From Archangium sp. (lineage in GTDB: Bacteria; Myxococcota; Myxococcia; Myxococcales; Myxococcaceae), in assembly GCA_031367385.1 (NCBI GenBank), contig JANLPS010000136.1, positions 1 through 19,787 of the forward strand: a DNA stretch of 19,787 nt, in the 5' to 3' direction. Position 1 is the stretch's first letter. Each line of letters starts with the position of its first letter. The position numbers and the translations under genes were made by a program. The notes beneath the pieces were generated by a model. The model was not told the DNA's origin and made no database searches. It saw nothing but the letters and a program-made list of their open reading frames with translations. Shown here in pieces: positions 1 through 7,423 of this stretch.

Positions 1-16
1 TGTCCCCTTTATTTCT

Positions 17-454
17 TCAGTTCAGAGTGGCCGGCGGGAGCTGCGACGCCAACCGGCGCTCGCGAGCCTTCAGCAACAGCGACCACCCATTGAAATCAAT
101 CAACGCGGCACGGCTGACCAACTTGATTTCACCGCTGGGCCGACGCACCGCCAACGCACCGACCCCGTTCTGCGAGACCAATCGAATCGCGTCGATCAAC
201 CGGGTGCTGGCGGTGACCTCGACGACCTTCAACATCGACAAGCGCGAGAGCGGGCCATCGGGCGCGAGCGCCGCCACCTCGTTGACCACCTCAGCGCCGA
301 CCACGCCGCGAATCAACCCTTCGATGTGGGTGATGACCAGCAGATCAGACGACTTTGAGTGCATCAGTGACGCTGCCTTCCGAAGGGTCTCGGTCTCGGC
401 CAGAATGACCACGTCTTTGAATGGCAGGTCTGCCACTTCGAACTGATCAAGCAT
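17..454 (-). CDS. CBS-domain-pair-like protein (145 aa)
   Basis: Two CBS-like halves (ETETLRKAASLM...LLVI...IRGVV and ASTRLIDAIRLV...GALAV...IKLVS). ATG at 454. Confidence 0.65.
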   Translation of the reverse strand: MLDQFEVADLPFKDVVILAETETLRKAASLMHSKSSDLLVITHIEGLIRGVVGAEVVNEVAALAPDGPLSRLSMLKVVEVTASTRLIDAIRLVSQNGVGALAVRRPSGEIKLVSRAALIDFNGWSLLLKARERRLASQLPPATLN

Positions 455-466
455 GCGCGCGACCTC

Positions 467-482
467 AGCAAGTCATGGGCCC
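467..482 (-). promoter_or_regulatory. sigma54 (RpoN)-type -24/-12 promoter candidate
   Basis: Minus strand GGGCCCATGACTTGCT = GG-N10-GC with TTGCT, ending 12 nt before the ATG at 454. Confidence 0.45.
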
Positions 483-563
483 GAAAGTTCTCGAAGGGTT
501 TCGAGAGGTTCGCTCCGGCCCCGCATTGCACCGGCGAAGGTGAGTTTCAGAAGTGAAATGGCT

Positions 564-950
564 TCAGGCGGCTCGGGAGTGGGATGACGCCGTGCGCCGT
601 GGAATCGACCGGGCTCGGGTCACCAACGCCACCAGCTCACCGGTGCGCATCATCGCGATCGCTTCGAGGCCCGACGAGCCGAGCTGCGTCTCGAGCTCGC
701 GAACCGTGACCAGGCTCGAGGTCTGCCCCACCTCGTGGAGCGGCAGCGCAGCGATGGCATCTTGAGGTCGCAGCATCGCGTAGCGCTCGAGCTCGTCGCG
801 CCGAAGCATCTTCAGGCCTCCATCGGCATCGCGCACCATCACGACCTGCGCGCCAGCGGCCCTCGCCTTGAACCACGTCACCGCCGCCGTTTGATCGGCC
901 GCAGCGAACTGAACCGCCTTGTTCGAAGTGCTCAGCAATTGGAGTTGCAT
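564..950 (-). CDS. Hypothetical protein, degenerate CBS-pair-like (128 aa)
   Basis: AADQTAAVTW...VVMVRDADGGL and SLVTVRELE...IAMMRTGELVALVTR resemble CBS repeats; same size and orientation as the neighbouring gene. Confidence 0.5.
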   Translation of the reverse strand: MQLQLLSTSNKAVQFAAADQTAAVTWFKARAAGAQVVMVRDADGGLKMLRRDELERYAMLRPQDAIAALPLHEVGQTSSLVTVRELETQLGSSGLEAIAMMRTGELVALVTRARSIPRRTASSHSRAA

Positions 951-962
951 GGCCTTTGGGAG

Positions 963-978
963 AGCAACAACCAGGCCA
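963..978 (-). promoter_or_regulatory. sigma54-type -24/-12 promoter candidate
   Basis: Minus strand TGGCCTGGTTGTTGCT matches TGGC-N7-TTGCT, ending 12 nt before the ATG at 950. Confidence 0.55.
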
Positions 979-1063
979 TTATTTTCCGCTGGGATTTACA
1001 CGAGACGGAGGCGGCCGAATGGGGCGTGCCTGTTGACGACCTGCGTCAGCCGCCACAGCGGGA

Positions 1064-1624
1064 CTACCTGGGTTCTTTGGCCTCGACGAGGGTGTCCCAC
1101 GTCTTGGTGGCCTCGGCTTCGTGCGCCAACACCGCGTTGACCGCGTCGGCCCCAAAACGGGCCTTTTCAGCGTCGAGGCTGGTCGCCTGGGCCGAGCGCG
1201 CCCGGAGGTCTGCCATCGCCTGCTCGGCCTTGGCCCGTTGTGCCGGCGTGAGTGCCGCTGTGGCCTGCTCGAACTGCCGAACGGCCTCGGAGCCGGTCAG
1301 ACGGGCCAGATTTCGCTGGGTCACGATGGCGGCCACCACGTCTTCGATGCGGTCGACCTCGTCTTCGCTGAGCCCTGCGTCGGTTCGAAGCGCGCGTTCT
1401 CGACGGGCGCGGTCGAGGGCGCCGGCATCGGTTCGGGCCATCATCAATCGCTGGTACGCAAGCCACGCCACGACCTTGGCCTCGGTCAATGGCCAGCCGG
1501 CATCGTCAGCAATGACGGGCACTTCGGCACTCGCAGCCGGGGGAGGCCCCGCGATGGGTGCTTGGGTCGCCGGCTTGGCGCAGGCCGTCGACACGCAGGC
1601 GATGAGGCAGAAGAGTCGAGTCAC
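1064..1624 (-). CDS. Putative lipoprotein, helical hypothetical protein
   Basis: Probable GTG start at 1624 gives (M)TRLFCLIACVSTAC, a lipobox-like signal followed by a Pro/Ala linker. The ORF-track start at 1702 is probably too long. Confidence 0.6.
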   Translation of the reverse strand: MTRLFCLIACVSTACAKPATQAPIAGPPPAASAEVPVIADDAGWPLTEAKVVAWLAYQRLMMARTDAGALDRARRERALRTDAGLSEDEVDRIEDVVAAIVTQRNLARLTGSEAVRQFEQATAALTPAQRAKAEQAMADLRARSAQATSLDAEKARFGADAVNAVLAHEAEATKTWDTLVEAKEPR

Positions 1625-1704
1625 GAGCGAATTCGTTGCGCAGAATGCCACGCTGGTGTGTGACTTGACTACAGTCCCATCGCCTTTCACCTCCGGAGCC
1701 ATTC

Positions 1705-2049
1705 ATGTCGGTCACTGCCACCAAAGCCACCCAAGCTGCGCAATCTGCCACTCAAGGCTACGAGAAGGCCGCCAAAGCGCCGACCGCGGCGAAGCTGAAG
1801 AGCGTGCTCAAGGCGTACGAGGCGCAGGAGCGCACCTGGGCGAAGTTGGCTCCGGCGATCTTGAAGAACTCGGCCAACGTCACCAAGACCATCGACATCT
1901 CGCCGCGCGGCAGCTCGCAGCGCACGACGGCGTATGTGCTCAACGACAACCGGGTGGTCTTCGCGCGCAGCGGCGGCATCATCGCCACCGCGCCGGTGTA
2001 CCTGGGCCCGGTCGGCCTCGACGCCGCGGCTTCGGTTTCAAAAAAGTAA
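1705..2049 (+). CDS. Hypothetical Ala/Lys-rich protein (114 aa)
   Basis: GGAG at 1695-1698 before the ATG; G/C-ending codons; ends just before sixA. Confidence 0.65.
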   Translation: MSVTATKATQAAQSATQGYEKAAKAPTAAKLKSVLKAYEAQERTWAKLAPAILKNSANVTKTIDISPRGSSQRTTAYVLNDNRVVFARSGGIIATAPVYLGPVGLDAAASVSKK

Positions 2050-2065
2050 GGTATCGTCGCCCGTC

Positions 2066-2563
2066 GTGAGGGTTTTCTTGATTCGCCACGGAGACGCGGA
2101 CGCCGAGGTCCCCGAGGCGCTCGATGACGACGCACGTTCACTGACGGCGCGAGCGCGCGACGCCTTGCCGGGCCACTTCGCGGCGCTGGCCGGGCACTTC
2201 GGCCGCGTCGACGCGATCTTCACCAGCCCCCTGGTGCGCGCGGTTCAGACCGCGACCCTGCTCTCGAATGCGCTCAAGTTCGGCGGCCCGTTTCGAGCGC
2301 ACCGCAGCCTCTTTCCCGATGCGCCGGTGGGTGGGCTCGAGGCGTTGCTCGATGAGAGCCCGCGCAAGACGCTGATTCTGGTCGGCCACCAGCCGTCGAT
2401 CGGCGCGGCGGCGGCCTACCTGCTCGGGCGCGCGAACCTGCCCAAGACGGTTTCTCCGGGCACGGTCATCGGCATCGAGCGTGATGACCTGAAGCCCGAC
2501 CCGCTGACCAGCAAGTTGCTTTGCTTCGCGCAGGTCGGCCAGCCGGTGCTCGAGACCCTCTGA
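2066..2563 (+). CDS. sixA: Phosphohistidine phosphatase SixA (histidine phosphatase family)
   Basis: RHG motif (VFLIRHGDA), RSLT, FTSPLVRAVQTA and LVGHQP. Likely GTG start at 2066. Confidence 0.85.
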   Translation: MRVFLIRHGDADAEVPEALDDDARSLTARARDALPGHFAALAGHFGRVDAIFTSPLVRAVQTATLLSNALKFGGPFRAHRSLFPDAPVGGLEALLDESPRKTLILVGHQPSIGAAAAYLLGRANLPKTVSPGTVIGIERDDLKPDPLTSKLLCFAQVGQPVLETL

Positions 2564-2577
2564 TACAAGCGTTTCGC

Positions 2578-2907
2578 ATGATGGACGACGCGGAGTTCAC
2601 GGTGGTGGCGAGCCAGCTGTTCAAGCGGGTGGTCAAGGCCGTCGACGCGAGCGACCCCGATGTGCTCGAGGCCGACTCGACCGGTGACATGGTCACCCTC
2701 ACCGCCACCAAGACCGGCGAAAAAATCGTCATCAACACCCAGCGGGCGGTCAAGCAGATCTGGGTGGCTGGCAAGGGCGCGGGGCTGCACTTTTCGTTCG
2801 GCTCGGCCGGGCAGTGGCTCGATGACAAGGGCAAGGGGCTCGAGCTGTTCGCGTGGGTCGCCGAGTGCGTCGAGGCGGCGACGGGCCTGCGGCTCGATTT
2901 GAAATGA
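2578..2907 (+). CDS. cyaY: Frataxin-family iron donor CyaY
   Basis: MMDDAEF...VINTQRAVKQIWVA...GLHF...QW frataxin/CyaY signature; ~109 aa. Confidence 0.88.
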   Translation: MMDDAEFTVVASQLFKRVVKAVDASDPDVLEADSTGDMVTLTATKTGEKIVINTQRAVKQIWVAGKGAGLHFSFGSAGQWLDDKGKGLELFAWVAECVEAATGLRLDLK

Positions 2908-4025
2908 GCGCAGTGCTGCGCGTCAGCCTGCTTCGTCAGGTGAGCGCGTCAACGACTCCGGCGGCAATGGTGGTGGCTCGGGTGTGCCGGTTGGAGCGCT
3001 CGACTGCGCAGGCGCTGGTCACCAGGCTCGGCGTCTTACCGCGCGCCTTCGATGAGGCCGAGGCCACCGCGCTGGTCGAGCAGCTTCGGGTCGCGGGAGT
3101 CGAAGCGCAGACGATACCCGGGCCAGCGACGGCGGCCCGGCGGTGCGGCGTGCACCCATCGCTCGAGGCCACCAGCGCGTGTCGCGAGTGCGGGGCATCG
3201 ATGTGCACCGCGTGCGTGCTCGAGGAAGCGCGGCCCCAGTGCCAGGCCTGCCTGGGCAAAGAGCGGCGGCGGCTGGCATTTCGAAACGTGCGGGTCGCGG
3301 TGCTGCTGGTGTTCTTGGGAGGCGTCGGCTTGTGGGCGCTCTCGCGGCAGCTGCGGCTCGACCGGCGAACGACCTGGGCGCGGCCGCTGACCGTGTCAGT
3401 GGTGTTGGTCACGCAGGGCGAGCCGAACCCGGCGCTGATACCGCGTTGGGAAGCGGCCACCGATGCGCTGACCGAGTGGTTTACCGGTGAGTGGGCCCGG
3501 TATCGTGCTCCGGGCGCGCAGCCGCCGGTGCGGTTCGTGCTCGAGAAGGTGGCGCGCGTGGAGGCGTTGCCGGTCGCTCCGGAGGACACGCAAGGCACGG
3601 TGGCGTTCGAGCGGCAGCTCAATGAGATTGACGCGCAGGTCGGCGTGCGAAGGAACGACGCGACGGTGTACGTGGCGCTCTCAGGTGGAGGCGAGGCCTC
3701 GCAGCGCGTCGAAGGCATTGGCGAGGCGGGCGGGCGACGCGGGTTGATCTACGCTGACGTGAACGCGACCGAGGTCACGCTCGAGTCGGTGGCGCTGGCG
3801 CATGAAGTTCTTCACTGCCTGGGCGCGCGAGACAAGTACGACGCGCAAGGGCACGCGGCCGGAGTGGCCGGGTTGGTGGCTCCTGAGCAGGTGCCTTTGT
3901 ACCCGCAGCCCGGCGGTGAGGTGATGGTCGGCGAGGTCGCGACCGGGCCCAACAGCGGTGAGCCGATTCGGTCACTGCGTGAGGTGCACGTGGGGCCGGC
4001 GACCGCGCGCGAGATTCGGTGGTGA
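2904..4025 (+). CDS. Membrane-anchored zinc metalloprotease with B-box-like Zn finger
   Basis: ATGA overlap with the cyaY stop. CGVH-CREC-CTAC-CQAC finger, a TM helix (VAVLLVFLGGVGLWAL), HEVLHCLGARDKY zincin motif and a downstream Met-turn-like EVM. Confidence 0.75.
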   Translation: MSAVLRVSLLRQVSASTTPAAMVVARVCRLERSTAQALVTRLGVLPRAFDEAEATALVEQLRVAGVEAQTIPGPATAARRCGVHPSLEATSACRECGASMCTACVLEEARPQCQACLGKERRRLAFRNVRVAVLLVFLGGVGLWALSRQLRLDRRTTWARPLTVSVVLVTQGEPNPALIPRWEAATDALTEWFTGEWARYRAPGAQPPVRFVLEKVARVEALPVAPEDTQGTVAFERQLNEIDAQVGVRRNDATVYVALSGGGEASQRVEGIGEAGGRRGLIYADVNATEVTLESVALAHEVLHCLGARDKYDAQGHAAGVAGLVAPEQVPLYPQPGGEVMVGEVATGPNSGEPIRSLREVHVGPATAREIRW

Positions 4026-4067
4026 GCGTGCTCGGGAGCAAAGTTGCGGGGGCTTTTCGCTGAAGGG

Positions 4068-4216
4068 GCGATCAATTCACGTCAATCGGAGGGTCTTCTT
4101 TGGAGAAGTGCGGCCAATTCACGTGAATCGGTGGCCCCGCTCCGGAAAAGCTCGACCAATTCACATGAATTGGTGCTCCCGCTCCCAAAAAGGCCGAGCA
4201 ATTCACGTGAATCAGC
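4068..4216. repeat. Four degenerate 42-bp tandem units with palindromic core ATTCACGTGAAT
   Basis: CAATTCAC(G/A)T(G/C)AAT begins at 4073, 4115, 4157 and 4199, an exact 42-bp period, in a convergent intergenic region. Confidence 0.85.
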
Positions 4217-4235
4217 CCCGTCTCACGCCGATAAC

Positions 4236-4264
4236 CCCTTGAACTGCCTGTCAGGCTTCAAGGG
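4236..4264. terminator. Hairpin between convergent genes, possible terminator
   Basis: CCCTTGAA-ct-GCCTG-t-CAGGC-TTCAAGGG imperfect inverted repeat; no clear U-tract. Confidence 0.35.
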
Positions 4265-4298
4265 TGTAGAGCGGGCCAGAGTTGCGCACGAGGGCGGC

Positions 4299-5207
4299 TC
4301 AGGCCTCGAGATCGAGCCGAATCAACGCCTCGTCTTGCCGCGCGCCCTCGAACACATGCCACGCGGCGACCACGTCGAGAAATGACGGCCCGACGCTCGC
4401 GAACACCGTCAGCTCTTCAGCGCTTTGCCGCCCCGGCTGCCGGTTCGCCAACACGTCACTCAACGTCGATGTGAAGGGCACGCCCCAGTCGAGCGCGGGC
4501 TCGGCCGCGTCGGTGAAGCGCTTCGCCCGACGCAGCAGCGCCGCCGGCAACGGCGGAGTCGCATAGCCGTCTGCGTTCAGCACCGTCACGTGCGCGCCAG
4601 GCCGCAGCCGGTCGGTCGGCAGGGTCACTTCGCCGGTCAGCACGATCAAGTCGGCGTTCTCGACGGCCTCTTCGGGTGAGTTCGTGCCACGCACCGAGGT
4701 CGCCAGCGTCGACTGCAGCCGCATCGCCAGCTCGGTGTTCGCGGCCGGGTCTTCTTCGTACAGCCACACCCGTTGAATCGAGCGCACCAGCCGAATCGCC
4801 TTGAGCGCCCCACTCGCCGCGGCCCCCGAGCCCAGCACCGCAACCTGTCGCGCGTCTTCGCGAGCCAGTACGTCAGCCGCGAGGGCGCCGACCAACGAGG
4901 CTCGCAGCGAGGTCAGATGCCCCGCGTCCATCACCGCGAGCACTTTGCCGGTCTTCACGTCGTGCAGCTGCAGCACCGAGCGGCTCTCACCCGGCTTCGC
5001 CAGCGCACTGCGCACCGTCACCGCGAAGGCCGGCACCGTTGGCCAGGTGGCCTGCCGAACCTGCGTGCTCAGCGCCTCGTGCTGCGAGCTGACGGTGTGC
5101 GACTGGTACGGCAGCGACGCGGTCAGCGCCTCACGCAGCTCACGCAGGAGGTGCAGCGCCTGCATGTGCCGCGAGACATCTGCGCGCGAGAGAAAAGCCG
5201 TGAGCAT
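4299..5207 (-). CDS. Ornithine cyclodeaminase / mu-crystallin family protein
   Basis: FLSRADV N-terminus, LHDVKTGKVLAVMDAGHLTSLRA, Rossmann VAVLGSGAAA, GRQSAEELTVFASVG...DVVAA. Confidence 0.85.
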   Translation of the reverse strand: MLTAFLSRADVSRHMQALHLLRELREALTASLPYQSHTVSSQHEALSTQVRQATWPTVPAFAVTVRSALAKPGESRSVLQLHDVKTGKVLAVMDAGHLTSLRASLVGALAADVLAREDARQVAVLGSGAAASGALKAIRLVRSIQRVWLYEEDPAANTELAMRLQSTLATSVRGTNSPEEAVENADLIVLTGEVTLPTDRLRPGAHVTVLNADGYATPPLPAALLRRAKRFTDAAEPALDWGVPFTSTLSDVLANRQPGRQSAEELTVFASVGPSFLDVVAAWHVFEGARQDEALIRLDLEA

Positions 5208-5393
5208 GCGCGTCGATACAACGCCGATGCCCGCCTTGACAGCAGCGAAATCTCACGGCGGGCAGGTCACCGCGGTGTCGTGCTGATAGCAGCCGTTGCC
5301 TTGCGACACCCACCCCGGCGTCGGCGCGGTCGTACAGGTGCAGAGGTACTCGACCAGGTGATTGGCGCCGCTACAGAACACGCCCTTGCCCGT
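5126..5393 (+). repeat. Direct repeat copy 1 (268 bp)
   Basis: Manual alignment to 7093-7361 gives 16 substitutions and 1 indel. Spans the lipoprotein 3' end, the intergenic gap and the OCD 5' end. Confidence 0.95.
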
Positions 5394-6878
5394 GCAGGCC
5401 GCGTATTCGGCGACGGTGCAGGTGTTGTTGCTGACGTGGTGAAAGCAGTTGTTGCCCACGTCGACCCAGCCCAGCCCGAGCAGCTCGGCGCGACCGGCGG
5501 AGTCGACACCGCAGGTGTAGAGGCGGTCACTTGGCGCGGCGCAGAAGAAGCCCTGATTCACCGGGGTCTCTTTCATCGGCGTGCTCTGGGGCCCGACGTA
5601 GATCTCGTGCCACGCGCCAGCGATCTCCACCGGCGTCGTCGCCACCAACGGGTTGTACCCTTCCTGCCCGAATTCGACTTGCAGCAGGGTCCACTGCTCA
5701 TAGTCGGCCCAGGCGGCTCCCCAATAGGCGGCGAGGTCTGCGGGGGTGATCGACCCGACCGGTTTGACCAACTTCTTCGCGGTCACCAGCTTGAGCGCGT
5801 TGGTGAATTGCCAGAACTCCATCGCCACGTCGAAGGCCTTGCGCGTGAAGGGCGCGAACTGCGAGGTCTCGGCTTGCGAGGTGTAGAGCGAGAGGCCTGA
5901 CGTCGCCTCGACGATGTCGGTGTGCAGCGGCTTCATCGGGCCATCGAAGACCGGCAGGCTGCCCTGCGCGGGGTCGAACCAGAGGCTGGCGTTTTGAAAC
6001 CAGGCCACCTTGCTCCAGTCAGTCGTGTCGGAGCGGTTGATGGCGGTGTTGAAGAGAAACTGCACCTGACACGGGCCAGGCACCGGCACCTGCGTGGTGC
6101 AGGCATTGTTGATCAGGGTGAAGACCATCTGCTGCTTGACCTGGGTGACCTGCCCGCTCGACGGCCCGACGCGCCACGAAGGCACGCTCTGCACGGTTCG
6201 AATGCGAAGGCGGCCGGCGCCGCTGAAGGGGTGCGGGGCGGTGGTGAGCCACCAGGGTTGGCGAATCGCCGAGAAGCTGCCCTGAATGTACGGGTTGCTG
6301 CCCGAGCCGAGCTGACCGTGGCTGTCGAAGGGCTGCCAGAAAGCGCTGCCGCCCTGAGTGCGCGGGCCGCTGGTCGTCCACTGCCACCAATCACCACCGA
6401 CCGGGTCGATGAAGCCGACCGATTCACCCGCGAGGGTGGGCGAGGTGCAGCCGGCGATGGTGCTGGCCGTGGGCGTCCACCGCATTGAAGACGACACGTT
6501 GGCGCCATTGACGTGGGTGGCGTTGAGGGCGTTGGTCCAGGCGACTCCTGTGGGGGCGATGGTGGGCCCGCCGGCCCCCTGCGCGCAGCCCCGGCCGAGC
6601 CCGAAGAACGACATCTTGGGCCCAGGCACGAGGCTCGTGGGGTTGGTCGCCGTCACCCAGGTGCCGCCGACGTTCTTCTTCGCCAGCACCGCGTCGGGCG
6701 AGGTCCAGCTCGAGTCGACCTTGAGGTAAAACGCCTTGGGGTTGGTCGTCTCGACCGCTGGAGCGACCCAACTGCTCAAGGCCTGAGACTCGCTGGCGAC
6801 GTCATCGGTCGCTGACGGCGGTTCGGCCGGGCCGCACGCGGTCAGCGCGCACACCAGCACCATCACTTGGGTTTTCAC
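5253..6878 (-). CDS. Large secreted lipoprotein with C-terminal Cys-rich repeats, function unknown
   Basis: GTG at 6878 gives (M)KTQVMVLVCALTAC (lipobox LTAC); Trp/Thr-rich body; two C-terminal GxFC...GWV..GN.C..H repeats. Confidence 0.75.
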   Translation of the reverse strand: MKTQVMVLVCALTACGPAEPPSATDDVASESQALSSWVAPAVETTNPKAFYLKVDSSWTSPDAVLAKKNVGGTWVTATNPTSLVPGPKMSFFGLGRGCAQGAGGPTIAPTGVAWTNALNATHVNGANVSSSMRWTPTASTIAGCTSPTLAGESVGFIDPVGGDWWQWTTSGPRTQGGSAFWQPFDSHGQLGSGSNPYIQGSFSAIRQPWWLTTAPHPFSGAGRLRIRTVQSVPSWRVGPSSGQVTQVKQQMVFTLINNACTTQVPVPGPCQVQFLFNTAINRSDTTDWSKVAWFQNASLWFDPAQGSLPVFDGPMKPLHTDIVEATSGLSLYTSQAETSQFAPFTRKAFDVAMEFWQFTNALKLVTAKKLVKPVGSITPADLAAYWGAAWADYEQWTLLQVEFGQEGYNPLVATTPVEIAGAWHEIYVGPQSTPMKETPVNQGFFCAAPSDRLYTCGVDSAGRAELLGLGWVDVGNNCFHHVSNNTCTVAEYAACTGKGVFCSGANHLVEYLCTCTTAPTPGWVSQGNGCYQHDTAVTCPP

Positions 6879-7092
6879 GGGAGTCTTTCGAATGACGAGG
6901 GGCACCTTGGTGAAAGAACCAAGGCCCCTGCGACGTTCACGAGGCTCCGGCGCTTGCGTTACGGCAGCGGTGGAATCCACGAGCAGGTCGAGTCGACCTG
7001 GCAGGCTTCGAAGCCGAACTCCTTGCCGTCGGAGCCTCCGTAGCGGCCGATCATGTTCGCCAAGACCGAGCCCAAATCGAACGGCGCGGTGG

Positions 7093-7174
7093 GCGCCTCA
7101 CGCAGCTCGCGCAACAGGTGCAACGCCTGCATGTGCCGCGAGACATCTGCGCGCGAGAAAAAAGCCGTGAGCAT
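7093..7174 (-). pseudogene. 5' fragment of the OCD-family gene
   Basis: MLTAFFSRADVSRHMQALHLLRELREA matches the first 27 codons of 4299-5207, then runs into unrelated sequence (ORF 6959-7174). Confidence 0.8.
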
Positions 7175-7219
7175 GCGCGTCGATACAACGCCGATGCCCG
7201 CCTTGACAGCAGCGAAATT

Positions 7220-7361
7220 TCACGGGGGGCAGGTCACCGCGGTGTCGTGTTGATAGCAGCCGATTGCCTTGCGACACCCAACCCGGGCTCGGTGCGGTGG
7301 TACACGTGCAGAGGTACTCGACCAGGTGATTGGCGCCGCTGCAGAAGACGCCCTTGCCCGT
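7220..7361 (-). pseudogene. 3' fragment of the Cys-rich lipoprotein gene, frameshifted
   Basis: Reads GKGVFCSGANHLVEYLCTCTTAPSPGWVSQGN, then +1 frameshift, then GCYQHDTAVTCPP-stop; no upstream gene body. Confidence 0.8.
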
Positions 7362-7423
7362 TCAGTCGGTCTGCGACGGAGGGGTGTGCGATCTGTTCGC
7401 CTCTTGAGTCAGACCGCCTTGGG

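Larger units (their letters stand above)
7093..7361 (+). repeat. Direct repeat copy 2 (269 bp)
   Basis: Diverged copy of 5126-5393 with a 1-nt insertion at ~7263. Confidence 0.95.

Noticed and set aside
735..2069. 444-aa plus-strand ORF and other long overlapping ORFs (4773-5900, 12031-12864, 12907-13854, 17615-18484)
   Set aside because: Shadow frames of better supported genes, typical of high-GC DNA, with no recognisable motifs.
4068..4216. Mini CRISPR array
   Set aside because: The conserved core is only ~16 bp, the period is 42 bp, the linkers resemble each other, and there are no cas genes.
6959..7092. C-terminal part of the 71-aa ORF as a second precursor peptide
   Set aside because: It contains GG and two Cys, but its N-terminus is the duplicated OCD start and no leader consensus precedes the GG; more likely read-through or a gene remnant.
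5126..7361. Diversity-generating retroelement TR/VR pair
   Set aside because: Mismatches are not adenine-specific on either strand (many C/G swaps, mostly synonymous), the repeat extends into the next gene, and no reverse transcriptase is present.
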